Of a DNA stretch of 45,042 bases, positions 7,703-20,807 are shown one piece after another. Position 1 is the stretch's first letter, and the number at the start of each line of letters is the position of its first letter. Position numbers and translations under genes: made by a program. The stretch covers positions 1-45,042 of the forward strand of contig LT649290.1 of assembly GCA_900128395.1 (NCBI GenBank). The letters run 5' to 3'. The notes under the pieces are model-generated. The model saw only the letters and a list, made by a program, of their open reading frames with translations, ran no database searches and was not told the DNA's origin. Source of the stretch: Stramenopiles sp. TOSAG23-2. Lineage: Eukaryota.

Positions 7703-10700
7703 TCAACAATCAGTTATACTTGCTTTGCATACTGGGCAAGAGCTTTTATAACCCAACCATTCATCAATGCAATTTGCATGAAATTGATGTAAACATGGCA
7801 ATGTACGTAGACTATCCCCTTCTTTATAATCTTCCATGCATACCGTACATGATTTACTACAATTTGCATGAAATTGATGTAAACATGGCAATGTACGTAG
7901 ACTATCCCCTTCTTTATAATCTTCCATGCATACCGTACATGATTTACTAGTACCAGTATGTTTTGCAGATGGTACATAAACAAACTTGGGTAATCTTGTA
8001 ATTTCACTGACGGATGCACCACCTAATTTACGTCTAAAATTGCTACTAATATTATTACTACCACTACTATTATTATTACTACTACTTCTATTATGAACAT
8101 TCAGACTATTGTTATTTCTATTACGACCGATTCTTCCACCACTAACCCTGTTCATCAACAAAGGTGCAGGTATACCACGTGGCCTACCGTCTCTACCAAC
8201 ATTTCCAGGTCTATTATTCATAAATGATTGATATCGCTCTTCAATCGTATTATTTGTATTATTGTTGCGATTATTTGTACTGCTTTCACCTAATACTAAT
8301 TCAATCAACGCTTCCTCTGACATATCATTTACATCATCTACTGTCATTTCTAAATTATTTGCATTTGCAAAGGAATTTTGCAGTTGCCTTGCAAACTCTT
8401 CATCTGCACTAATTTGTCGTTCACGTTCCACATTTAATCGTGGTGGCGATAATCTCGTATTGTTGTTACTGTCATTTCTAAATTATTTGCATTTGCAAAG
8501 GAATTTTGCAGTTGCCTTGCAAACTCTTCATCTGCACTAATTTGTCGTTCACGTTCCACATTTAATCGTGGTGGCGATAATCTCGTATTGTTGTTACTGA
8601 CATTACCAATCGCAGCAAATAATGATGGCGGTGGCAATGATCTATTTGGGCGTGCAGTACTTTGGTTGCTACTGCTGTTGTTGTTATTGAAATTTTGGTA
8701 GATTTCCGGTGGTGGAGATAAGCTGATACGCGTATTTCTTACTTCTTTTTCGTTTATATATGCCCTTCCCCAGCTTAATTTCAAAACTTGGGCGTGCAGT
8801 ACTTTGGTTGCTACTGCTGTTGTTGTTATTGAAATTTTGGTAGATTTCCGGTGGTGGAGATAAGCTGATACGCGTATTTCTTACTTCTTTTTCGTTTATA
8901 TATGCCCTTCCCCAGCTTAATTTCAAAACATAAAATTTATTACCTTCATATACCGTTTCTCGTTCAACACGTCCTTCACCAAACGTTGTTTGCATACATA
9001 GACGTGCACTCATACTTGTATTGTAATACATATTATTTTCATCATTCCCATTTCTATCACCGTTCATATTTTCATTCAACATAGCTGATTGTGGCAAGAT
9101 ACGATCATTTACAATATCCTCAACAACTTGATCCAACGTCATGTTACTTGATAAACCATGGTCGATCCATTTGCATAATGTAAATATATCATGCGATGGA
9201 AACATTTCAGTCAATAAAGACATCCATTGTGTCCTTTCTTCATCATTGCCATTGGAATTGTTATTCATTGAGCTTTGCCTGCTATATCGTCTTGGTGGTG
9301 GTGGTGGTCTGAGCGGTGGTGGTGGTGGTGGCTGTGAAAATGTGACATTATTATTTCAGTCAATAAAGACATCCATTGTGTCCTTTCTTCATCATTGCCA
9401 TTGGAATTGTTATTCATTGAGCTTTGCCTGCTATATCGTCTTGGTGGTGGTGGTGGTCTGAGCGGTGGTGGTGGTGGTGGCTGTGAAAATGTGACATTAT
9501 TATTTTGATCAGTATTGTTTCCAACGTTTCCATTCTCATTGTCACCGGCACCATCGTCATCACCATCGTCATCACCATCATCAAGGCCTTCTACTTTGAT
9601 GGAGCTTCTTTTTACTTCTCTGTCCATGTAACCATCATCGTACAACACTGCAAATGTTCGATCTTGTTGATTTATTCTTACAATTACACCAGGATATCAT
9701 CACCATCATCAAGGCCTTCTACTTTGATGGAGCTTCTTTTTACTTCTCTGTCCATGTAACCATCATCGTACAACACTGCAAATGTTCGATCTTGTTGATT
9801 TATTCTTACAATTACACCAGGATAGTATCCAGGAAAAGAACGTTGTGTACCTTCTTTCCATAATGCCGTGATGCGATCTCCTACCACAATATCAGCAGTA
9901 TTACGTCCTCCTTCTTGTTCCGAGTTGCTGTTCATATTATAAGTTGGCAAGCGTCCATCGGCATACATATAACCATCGCCAAATTCATCTTCTTCTTCAT
10001 CATACATTTCATCTTCATCATTACCTAATAGATGCCTTGGTTTTGATGAGGTGACAAAGCGACGTTCACATGCTTTCTTCGTTGGCTCAGCAATATTTGG
10101 CAAATACGTACCTTTGCAACACTCTGGGCAAACGACAATTTGTGTAGTTTTATTACATGATTGATTATTCTTGTGGAACAAGTTATCATCTTCGTTATCA
10201 GATGGATTTGGTTCGATTTGAATCATATGACCACATTCAATGTTCATGCATTTTAAATATGGAGGAGAATCAAAGTTACGAGATTTCAATGCATTTTCAA
10301 TGGCATTTTGGATAGTATTATTTGCACGTCTCGTCGTTAACGCATTAGCTTTTTTCTTCCCATCTTTTTTCTTATCAATGATGCCACTCTCTGTCTCTAT
10401 TTCATCATCTTCTACGATTAAAATCTCTTTCGCAATATTTGACAATACAATTGATACACGGAAAAATTCCCCAATGCATGAATTCATTTCATCTACTAAA
10501 TTTAAATCGCTACGCTTCAATGTGATGATGCGATCTCTTACATCAACATCTGTATTACGAGTGGCTATTTCTTTTTGTTTTTCTTCTTCACCCCAATCAC
10601 TATGTTCTTTTACAATGTCCCGATGATGACCTACTATATCTTCTTCATCCAATGGCATGTTATCATTATCGTAGCTGCCGTATTCATCTTCACTTTCATC

Positions 10701-12597
10701 ACTATCGACAATATTTGTTGGTCGTTTAAAATCACAACATGAAGATGTACGTAAGATTGCATCAAATAATCGTACACCCGGTCTACCATTTGGTAAATGA
10801 TATATACGTATTTGAAATTCTGAATCTACTTCAATATTTGGATGGAATGATATAACATTATCCAACCACGTAGCATTACGTACACCGCCAATCATGCTTG
10901 TAAATAATAATTCATTTTTCGAATTCATAATCATTACATATGGTCTACACCCAGTCACTGTTACATGTGGTATACTATGTAATAAAATTGTCCGTAATTT
11001 CATTCTAGATTTTGGAGGTAAAGCTGATATTTTTATCCCCAACATAATTTGTGCTGTTGTTATTCATATTAATTAATAATCTTTCTTGTTTATGCGCATA
11101 TAATAAATCACCTAATAATCTAGATTTCTTTAAAAATTCTGCTTTATCAAACTTCGAATATATTCCTAACTTTTGCTTTACGTAATCAACCATTTTTTGA
11201 CCATTACTTGTTCTTCCATTGCTAACTTTGTTGATATTATTAGTATTATTGCTATTACTTTTACTTTTATTTTTCTTTCGTTTAGGCGATTTTAATCTCC
11301 GTATTGGCGTTACTCTTGTATTTTGCTTCATTACACCTAATGCATAACGCATTGATTCTTCCACTGATGGGTCATTGGACATACGTAAATAATATGCTGT
11401 TGCTATTGTATGCATGACAACAGTGGAGGATCCTAACAAGACAATGGCATGCTGTTTATGTGGATATTTAACAAAATTATTTCTGTAATTATTGCTCTCA
11501 TGATTGATGCTTATATTTGCATCGTTTGTGAAATATGGGCCAAAATAATAAAGCCAATCTGCAATATCACTTGTTACTTTAAATAAGATATTCCATGATG
11601 GTCCTAAATGATTTCCATTATGCGATGCTTGCAAAATGTTTTGTTTATTATATTCATTTGCATTTAATAATCGTTTCATTTTCTCAGGGCAAACATCGTC
11701 TTCCTCTTCTGTATTTCGTGGAATGCCACAATCAAAAACTTTATAAATATTTGTTTTAGAACAAAATTTTCCAATACTATTTAAAATTTTACGTGCATTG
11801 GATGTATTTCGATTCGATATCAATGCATCAGCTAAGATAGCTGTGCTATTTGGATCTAATATATAAAAATTATCCATAAAACGTATCGTATGCGGTGGTG
11901 CCTTCGTAGTATTGCCATTACTACTGCCATTGCTTGTTATGTAACTCTTGCCCCCAACGCTACTATTGCTTTTTGAACGCTTTAGCAATGAATATAAGGA
12001 TAAACGTTGTTTTGTTGGTGATTGTGGTGGTGTTGCTAATGAAAAATGTTCTTGTTCTTTAAAATGATGAGATGACGAAGGACTTTGTGGTGGTGTCACC
12101 ATACCACGTAGTTCTGGTGTAGTAAATGGAGAACCATTTCGACTATTGTAGCCCGTATTTCCATCATAGTTACTTGGATCATGGTTCCCATCATCATTAT
12201 TATCAAAATTATCTTCATATTCCACATCGTACGAGTCATCATTAGTGGCTAAAGAACGTGCTCTTGCACGTGATGCTGAGGAACTACTACTACTACCACG
12301 TCGCAATAAGGACCACATTTTTGAACCAATTTTTGCGCCAAATGAACGCCTACGTTTTGGTGATATTTGTGTAATATTTGGTACACTACTTGAACGAACT
12401 GTTTTTGAACCAATTTTTGCGCCAAATGAACGCCTACGTTTTGGTGATATTTGTGTAATATTTGGTACACTACTTGAACGAACTGGGCGTGTATTATATG
12501 TCACGTTGTTTCTATGTCTATTAACATTATTTAGTCCTACTACTTCTTCTTCATTATTATTATTAGAAGAAGAAGATGCGGATACAAAAATCGACAT
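7703..12597 (-). CDS. Multidomain RING-H2 E3 ubiquitin ligase (PTEN/tensin-type C2, Cys cluster, Tudor, Pro-rich, CUE-like, MIU/UIM-like, RING-H2), about 1390 aa after collapsing duplications
   Basis: Six same-strand ORFs (11005-12597, 9684-11045, 9265-9648, 8684-9268, 8434-8784, 7703-8431) join into one frame when duplications of 84, 128, 149, 142, 128 and 90 bp and one base near 11030-11040 are removed. Motifs: [19 protein letters not shown] (C2), [23 protein letters not shown] (Tudor), LTEMFP (CUE), DEEFARQLQ (MIU), [14 protein letters not shown] (UIM), [29 protein letters not shown] (RING-H2). Confidence 0.8.
7770..9824. repeat. Five exact tandem duplications: 90 bp (7770/7860), 128 bp (8339/8467), 142 bp (8646/8788), 149 bp (9204/9353), 128 bp (9569/9697)
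   Basis: Head-to-tail identical copies read directly from the sequence; the four that are not multiples of three each account for an ORF break. Confidence 0.92.
12318..12485. repeat. Exact 84-bp in-frame tandem duplication
   Basis: Copies start at 12318 and 12402; [27 protein letters not shown] appears twice. Confidence 0.93.
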
Positions 12598-14060
12598 CTT
12601 TTATTACTATATATTTTTCAACAGGATGATGGGGGAAAAGCAAGTGCGATAATACAATCTTTTTCCTATCTGATGTGTACGCGCGTGTATGTGGTTTTAT
12701 ATTATGTTATCTACAAGCAAATAATGATATACAAATTGTGTGTTTATATGTTACTATATATTTTATTATAGTTTAATTGAAATAAAAAAAAATGTCAAAA
12801 TGTCTCAAAATGTCGAATTATATATATATTGTACTATTTTCCGTTTCAAATACGTATCACCCTTTCTTTCAAAACAACGTAATAAAATTGAAATGATAAA
12901 TGGATGAAATACGTCGTACTTATTGTCTTTTGTATTTTTTTCTTTTTCTTTACATGTACAGAAATACAACGAGTATCTTCTACACACAGTAATATATCTT
13001 ATTAGCACATATATATAAATTTGCAATGTGACGACTCTTATGGAGGTAGTAAAACTATTGTGAAATAGAAATGGAAATATACATGGTAGAAATATGTATA
13101 TCAATATGTTAGATATACAGGTGATAATGGAAAGTTAGTAGTCGTCAAAAAATCAGTGTATATCGGATATTTTATAATACATGAACTAAGAATTGATATT
13201 TAAAGAAAAGTGCGTGCCATTTTGTGTTCTAGTTTGTCGAACGGAAAATTTTTCATTTTTTCACAAGCAAATAAAAAAAAAAAGTAAAAACAAATGATAG
13301 ACACGTATTCGAGTACAATGTTTGGTATACTAAAACACCACAGGAAAATGAAAAATGAAACCCAAATATAGCGGATCTTCTATTACTCCTCTAAGCAGGG
13401 AGAAGGGAGACTCATTTTTAATACATGGACATACCATTAGCAGAGTAGCTTTGTTTTTTTTTATCAGGATTTTTCAGATTTTGGACACTCTATTCATAGT
13501 CTAATAAGTATAACATGTCACTTTAATATGTAAATAGCATTGCACAAAAAAATGGGATTTCACACATGACTTTTATGAGTTTAAATATTGTCTGTATATC
13601 ATATGAATGAAGAAAGTATGTCGTAATTGGGGGATTTATGCACTCGTACAAATTTTTATTTTTGACATAGTTTGTCTCTGTTCTATGTGTATTTAGTATC
13701 TTTAGAGATATTATTAACTGACTACGTAAATGTTTTTAAACATAAACAAAATGTTTTTTATATTTTTTTTTTTGTCCATCACCATTTTTTTAGTTGAATT
13801 TTACAATTATTGATGCATTCCACAACTGCACGAGATTGGGGTGATTTTTGTAATTTACAAGTGCGTACATGCCCACATGCCCCAGTTTATGTCGTGTTTC
13901 GTCTCGAATTTTTGCATTTAGACCATAAAAATTAGCAGACTTTATACTAATTGTCTAAATATTTTGAATCGTGCTAATTTTTAATATATGATATATAATT
14001 TACGAGAGTTATATTTTAATGTGTTTTATTCATTTTAAACGCCCACGCTCTCTCTCAAAA

Positions 14061-15425
14061 TCACTCCCTCTTCTTCTTGCTCTTTAACTTTCGTATATTA
14101 TCGCTAACGCTGCTGCTACTATTAGCTAATAACATTCTATTTTGACGGCAGGAATGTATTTTCCTTGCAATGAAAGTTAATAATATCAAACCAAGAAATC
14201 CACCAATAATTGATGCAGCTTGTATTTGAACATCATCCCCAGCTAATATATACCAATAGTCAACATATTTTAACGCATCATGTTGTGTATCTCCTTCCTC
14301 GATTTTCTCTGGCAATGCACAATGACGTGGAGAGGTAAAAATATCTGCTCGTTCAGGTGGCATATATAATGGCATGTAACAATAATTGATAAATGGCGAT
14401 GCAAGTTTAAATTTTGTATATCCACGACCATATCCTCCTGTACCTTTGTATATGTAGGAATTAATTCCACGGATCGATACAAGGGAAAAAAATGTACGTG
14501 CATATGTAAATTCTATATTGATGATTCCCATATGTCGTTTAATCTCTTCATAATAATTTACGATATCTGGCCAAATATCAACATCATCATGAATACTGTC
14601 AACCTCTTCCATTTCCGAAGCATATAAAACAATATGATCTCTAAATACATGATTTTCAGGATCAAAAGTGGTTGAATCATCTTCATACAATACCCACAAA
14701 GCATCTGTTATGAAATCATGGCATATTTGTGAAGTAATGACTGTACCTTCCCCAGCAATTGCTAATTCTAACGGTTCAAATGTATCATGTGTTTTGTTGT
14801 ACGTTCGTATCCATTGTGACAATAAATTTACCGCACGGCCACTTGTATATCCTAATGATGTTATGTTTGTATATCGTTCATGGTCAATACCAGTTTCAAC
14901 TTGTACATTTGCTTTATTATTCCATAAAAGTTCATATTTTGATTTATCAACGTTAAATGTATATGGAAATATAGTTCGCAATACTTTATCCATGAAAGTT
15001 TGATCGACTTTTAAAAGATCTGGATGCACCACGTGTCTAATTTCATCCGTTTCTTCAGGTGAATAATCTGCCACTAATGCTTCATGGTCATAATCACTTT
15101 TACTACCGTCCATATTAATATGCATTGGTCGTAATGCAATAGCAGAATGGTATGCATTCCATGGTGTCCCAGATAAATTCCAAGATGCCATTACAAATTC
15201 TAAATATAACATTTCATACTCTGTATCTTCTGATTGCAACGGCCAAACACCTTCAAATACAAATCCCCCCTTGTTTTTCTTTGGGATGCTATTGGCTGAA
15301 GTGGCGGTGCCACTAATGCTGCTGCTACTGCTGCTACTACTACGTGCTATTATTATATTATTAATAATAATAATATTAATTACATAGATACAAATTATTA
15401 TAATTTTTTTAAACAACATCATCAT
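14061..15425 (-). CDS. CLN5: CLN5-like protein (permuted NlpC/P60 His-Cys hydrolase/transacylase) with signal peptide and C-terminal TM helix
   Basis: Blocks match human CLN5 as recalled from memory: AYHSAIALR ~ MHDAIGFR; LWNNKANVQVETGID ~ FWCNQGAACFFEGID; TSGRAVNLLSQWIRTYNKT ~ ISGNMFNQMAKWVKQDNET; SQICHDFI ~ SYDCSKFV; IVLYAS ~ IFLYSG. Several N-glycosylation sequons. Confidence 0.72.
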   Translation of the reverse strand: MMMLFKKIIIICIYVINIIIINNIIIARSSSSSSSSISGTATSANSIPKKNKGGFVFEGVWPLQSEDTEYEMLYLEFVMASWNLSGTPWNAYHSAIALRPMHINMDGSKSDYDHEALVADYSPEETDEIRHVVHPDLLKVDQTFMDKVLRTIFPYTFNVDKSKYELLWNNKANVQVETGIDHERYTNITSLGYTSGRAVNLLSQWIRTYNKTHDTFEPLELAIAGEGTVITSQICHDFITDALWVLYEDDSTTFDPENHVFRDHIVLYASEMEEVDSIHDDVDIWPDIVNYYEEIKRHMGIINIEFTYARTFFSLVSIRGINSYIYKGTGGYGRGYTKFKLASPFINYCYMPLYMPPERADIFTSPRHCALPEKIEEGDTQHDALKYVDYWYILAGDDVQIQAASIIGGFLGLILLTFIARKIHSCRQNRMLLANSSSSVSDNIRKLKSKKKRE

Positions 15426-15800
15426 ATTTATCCTTATTTTATATATATAATCTTCTCTACCAAATATAAGACACTAATATAATACTGTATACTATAATTA
15501 TTATTATGTATATACGATATTGATAAAAAGGGGGTATTACTTCGATCAAACAACAAGAAATGCATTTTCCATATGATCCACTTTGAAATATTATATATTA
15601 TACTTTTGTTTTATTATTTCTTTTTTTGTTGTTTTGTTTTTTTGTGCTTCTTCTTTTTTGTTGTTTTGTTGTTTTGGTGGTGGTGTGGTGGTGTTATTTA
15701 CTGATGTATAATAGTGGTGGGCACGTTGGCAGTTTGTAAAGATGATTTTTACAGTATATAGGCTATATTATAGCCCTACCTGATTGATAAGCACATAAAC

Positions 15801-16053
15801 GAAAGGCACTATGCTACTATGCTTGACCATTTTTTTTTTTTTACGAGATGCACATTTTCGGATATTATTAGATTAAATAATTTAATTTTTCAAGTTATTT
15901 GTCATTTTCGTCATTTAAATAGTAATATCATTAGTTTTTGATTCAGATATTTTTCACTCAAAATTTTACTCAAATCAGTGATGTCATTTTTGGAATTTAG
16001 ATGTCGATATTTTTTCGATCAGAAAAAAAAAATGGTCAAGCATACTGCCTTTC
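15801..16053. mobile_element. MITE-like element with about 30-bp terminal inverted repeats
   Basis: Left gaaaggca(ctatgcta)ctatgcttgaccattttttttt; right aaaaaaaaaatggtcaagcatactgcctttc (reverse complement gaaaggcagtatgcttgaccatttttttttt). No ORF and no clear TSD. Confidence 0.6.
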
Positions 16054-16194
16054 ATTACCTGAGTATACGAATAGACTATAGCATAGCGGGGTTTCCTGAG
16101 TAATACAGAATACAGCCCCTCATTTCCCGAAGACTACCTTACACAAGGAAAAATTTCTGAAATCCCGTCACGTACTTTTTTTAAAATATACTAA

Positions 16195-16457
16195 GTATAT
16201 ATATACTTAATATATTTTAAGATTCCTATTTGATTTGATAGAAATATTAGTATACCAATATATATACTTAATATATTTTAAGATTCCTATTTCCTATTAG
16301 TATACAAATATATATACGTAATATATTTTAAGATTCCTATTTGATTTGATAGAAATATTAGTATACAAATATATATACGTAATATATTTTAAGATTCCTA
16401 TTTCCTTTGATAGAACTATTAGCTATTAGTATACAAATATATATACGTAATATATTT
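16195..16457. repeat. AT-rich minisatellite, about 5 units of 50-70 bp
   Basis: Recurring tattagtatacaaatatatatac(g/t)taatatattttaagattcctattt with alternating tails. Confidence 0.85.
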
Positions 16458-16743
16458 AAAAAAAAAAAGATCCTCCAAAAAAAAATCTATCTTATTCTAG
16501 CACCTCCTACTATGCTGGTATGCACCTATAGAATTATCCATTATTATTTATTATTTATTTATTAATAATATATATATAAAATAAATATATATATACATTC
16601 ATCGAAGGGGAGAAGAGGAGAAAGATTGTTCACTGCGATTATATATATAAAACAGCATTCTTCTAGAAAACAGACAAACTTAAACTTATAATTCTTTTTT
16701 TGTTTCAATTGACATTATATAAACACGCGAATTAAATAGCATC

Positions 16744-17947
16744 ATGTTTGGAAAATTTAAAAAACGTTTTGTAAATACATTGAAAAGTAGTAGTAATAAT
16801 AATAATAAAACACCACCATCCGTGAAAATACCTGCGAAAGATAAACAAGATATTATGGCAGCATTATCTTCCCCTATGAAAAATAATAATAATAACAATA
16901 CTACCACAAATGATGAAATGGATGGTCAGGCAAAAGATAGGTTATTTACATCAAGGCGAGCACGTGGTTCGTTTACACTTGATGATAATGAAGTAAAAAC
17001 TGGAGATATTGGTGAAACATTACGTAGTGAAAAAGAAATATTGCTTCAATTTGATGCTGAATATTTTGATCCTAATTGTGATGCTATTAAAAAAGCATTA
17101 GAAATTATGACAAATAAAATACCATCAAGACCCGCACCAAAACGTTCCAACCCATTTGCAACAGCAAATAAAAACAACAACGCTGTTGCTGCTGCTACCA
17201 CTACTACTAATAATAATGATTCGGGAAATCCCTTCAATAATAATTCCACTACTTCTTCTTTATCTGATGGAAATCCTTTTGCATCTACAAGTACAAATAA
17301 TAATAATAATAATAATAATGTTAACATTGGCAACGCCAACATACAAAATAACAACAATGATGATGAAGATAAACTTGCAAACTCGGTTGTATGGGGAAAA
17401 GAAGATATTGCATATACAAAACGTTCAATACGTGAAATTACCGATAATGTTCTGATGGATTCTATTAGTGAACATGATCGGATAAAAGATGTAATTGATC
17501 GACGTTTAATGAATGAAGTTGTTGCTAATTATAATAAATTTATTAAAGGTTTGCAACATGTAAATGAAGTAGATATGGATTTAACACGAGCTAGTTTATT
17601 TGTTAAAACGGCTAGAAAACAATTATTACATTCAAAGGAAACAGTGGTAAATGATAGCTTAACCCTTGTAACTAAATTAAGACGTGGACAACGAATGCAA
17701 CAATTATATGAAGCAGTTATATTAATAAAACAATTATCAAATTTAGAAAATGATATAACCAATTCCGTAGAAAAAGATGAATTTGTACATGCAGAAAATT
17801 TACTACGAAATGCCTCATTGACATTAAAAGGTGATATGGCAAGTGAATTTACATCTTTGAATAATGTTAGAAATCGATTAGATCATATACGTCCATGGCT
17901 ACGTCGTCAAATTGATGAATTTTTGCAAATCAATATTATACCAACAT

Positions 17948-17993
<46 letters not shown>

Positions 17994-20568
17994 CAACGAG
18001 AATAATAATAATATTATTAATAATAATAACACAAATGATGATAATAATAATAGTCCAAACAAATTTTCAACTTCAAATTATTGTAAAATCATAAAAGCAT
18101 ATCATATTGCTGATTTACATTTAGAAGACATCGATGCAATGGATCGAAATAATAACGATGTTCGTGATGATGATGATGAATATCAAATGACGTATATGTT
18201 TGCTTCAAAATATCGTATGAAAGGTCCATTATATTCTAAAATAGGAATTACTGGAATGGCGGAACGAATGCAAACTTATTTTTTAAATGGAATAGAAAGT
18301 ATCATTCGCAATGAAGTCGATATTACATTGCCAGGTCCTAGCGTAACACGAAATCGTTTAGCATCTGTATCTAGTCGTAGTAGTTTCTCGGGTAGCATAA
18401 GTAGTAACACAAGCAATACAGAACGAAGCAATAGTCCAACGCAACAAGTAGATGATGATGATGCATATCTTGCTGCTTGTAAAAAATTGAATACGAATCA
18501 ATTTATTGATATATTAAGAAAAATATTGTTCAACTTGACCGAATTGTTACATTCGCATTTCTTATGTACACAATGGCATAGGGACCCATTTTCATCTTTA
18601 AATAACGATTTGAAGTATCTGTACCGTGCAAATCGTGATCAAGATGAATCGATGATGGCCCATTTACCATCCACACCTTTAAAGCAAGCAAGGAAAACAG
18701 CACCAAACGATATAGAAAATAAAATAGATATTGATAAAACAGAAGCAGATGAAGCAGACGATGACGACAAGGATAATGATGCAAATAATGAAGAATTAAT
18801 ATACCTTGCAAATGTTATAGCAAAAGGATTATTATCTTCACGTAAAATTGTATGGGATTGCATTGTAGAACGAATAGATTTTTTTCTTTCATCTGTCTCA
18901 ATAAAATGTCCGAATTTTCACATTTATCATGCAGCAGAAGTGGTTACTTTATTAAAAGGGATGGATAAAGTAGGTGCGGATTTCTTGCAAGATCATAGTC
19001 ATGAATATTTTGAAAGTTTGATTCAAAAATTCTCTGAAAAATATTTAAGTTCTTTTCAAAAACATGCATTTAATACACTTTCTGATTTTTTAAATCGTGA
19101 AAATTGGGAATCATTGCATGTATCATTAAAAGAATTAGGTGGTATGGAAACATTGGTATTGCGGCATGCAAAGGATGGCCATTTGAATTCAAAATGGGAT
19201 GAAATATCTAACATAAAAAATGCTTTAATAGGAAATGATGATGATGCATCAATTAATTGTTTTGAGAATTATATAGTAGATGGAAATCCATTTAAAGTTC
19301 TATATACTCCAACAAATGCAGCATTGGCAAAATCTACGACAAGCACGACAACTCCAATGGCAAAGAAAATTAGCTCAGGAAATATCGATGACGATGAAGA
19401 TGATGAAGAAGCTAAATTAAAAGCAGATGCTAGAGTAATGACATCTACATCTGTCAATGGTTATAGTAAATTTGCAGGTTTATATTATCAAATTATGGAC
19501 GTATTTCCACATGTTAGTAAAACAGCGATACATGGATTGTTTCATCTAGTCGATTACTACATGCATGCGGTGATAAATATTTTTTTGCCAAATGAAATTT
19601 TAGAAGATATTTTAAGAGGAACACCCCCAAATGATGATATGAATGGGCCATGTTGGCGTTATATTAATTTACGCAAGACTGCTATACGTATTGATAATAA
19701 AATAAATGGTAAAAATAATAAAGGTCGATTTGTACGTTCATCATCATTAGGAAATGATATGGGTAATGAAAATTCTTTGTATGGATTGGAAAAGTCTTGC
19801 ATAGCAACAGAATCATTGTTTTTTCTTAACGAAATCAATGAATTTTTATTGCGACGTTTAGAAAGTAATATATTGAAAAATAATGAGTTGAAACAATTAT
19901 TCAGCACATGCCATACACAAAGTCAAGTTGCTATTGAAGAGTTCCGTTCGTTAATGTACGATGTCTCTGCACGACGTGTGTTACCACGAAAAGATATATT
20001 AGCACTTGTCGCTCGTTATAAATGGGATAAAAAAGATTTGCCTGAAACATATTATCCATATGTAACGACGATGTTAGAGAAAGTTGGCAAAGCATCTGGT
20101 CAAATGCAATCCATGATTTCAAAGCATTTACATGGCAAGGTATGGGTATCGTTAGTAGATGTATTGATGGAGCATTTGCTCGAAGCATTGAGTCGTGTTA
20201 AAAAATGTACTAATAATGGTAGAGCACAAATGGCGTTAGATTTAGCTACATTGTATCGTGGTTTAGAACAAATTGCATCGGAAAGTACACAATCAAAACG
20301 TAGAAATATACTTTCATCGTTTATCAAAGCATATTATTTTGATAAACCTGAAGACATATTGATTTGGATGGAAGCTGGTTTAACAGAAGGTGGAGAATTT
20401 TCACAAGATCACGTATTAGCAAAACGACATTTCTTATCTTTGATATCGTTAGAAAAATCACCTATATCAAAATTATCAAGATCAAAACGTAATGATTTAA
20501 AAAAGAGAATCGAGGAAGTTTGGATGAAATCGATATTGAAAAAGACGATGGCAAATGAGAATATGTGA
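16744..20568 (+). CDS. VPS50: Syndetin / VPS50 (EARP complex subunit)
   Basis: 1274-aa ORF; Vps54_N-like block DVIDRRLMNEVVANYNKFIKGLQHV..ARKQL; FLNRENWESL; C-terminal EALSRVKKCTNNGRAQMALD..FIKAYY typical of syndetin. Confidence 0.9.
17950..17991 (+). repeat. (AAT)n microsatellite encoding poly-Asn in VPS50
   Basis: Uninterrupted aat run. Confidence 0.9.
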
Positions 20569-20807
20569 GACATTATGAATTATTGTTTATATATTCGTAC
20601 TGTATATTGTTTATTAGCGTTATTATTATATATTCGTACTGTAGTATATTGTTTATTAGTGTAGTGCTGTGTTCCTACTGCATTTTAGCAGGTGAATATA
20701 GTGATTAGAAATATACTCTCATCGCGTTTCTTTTTCCAATTTTATTTCATTTATATAGAATATAATTAATATACTAATAAGTACATTTTTTTGTATTTAT
20801 TTTTTTA

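Noticed and set aside
11024-11043. 20-nt GT-AG mini-intron explaining the frameshift in the RING gene
   Set aside because: Splicing it leads to the third frame, which stops within a few codons.
5872-12485. Tandem duplications acting as introns via AG|GT proto-splice sites, or programmed DNA elimination
   Set aside because: No consistent AG|GT was found on the coding strand; in the 94-bp case, which has one, the stop precedes it. The N-gapped example at 43848-44123 points to assembly.
7703-12597. Six separate small genes or a decayed pseudogene
   Set aside because: Frames join exactly after removing the duplications plus one base, and no nonsense substitutions are seen.
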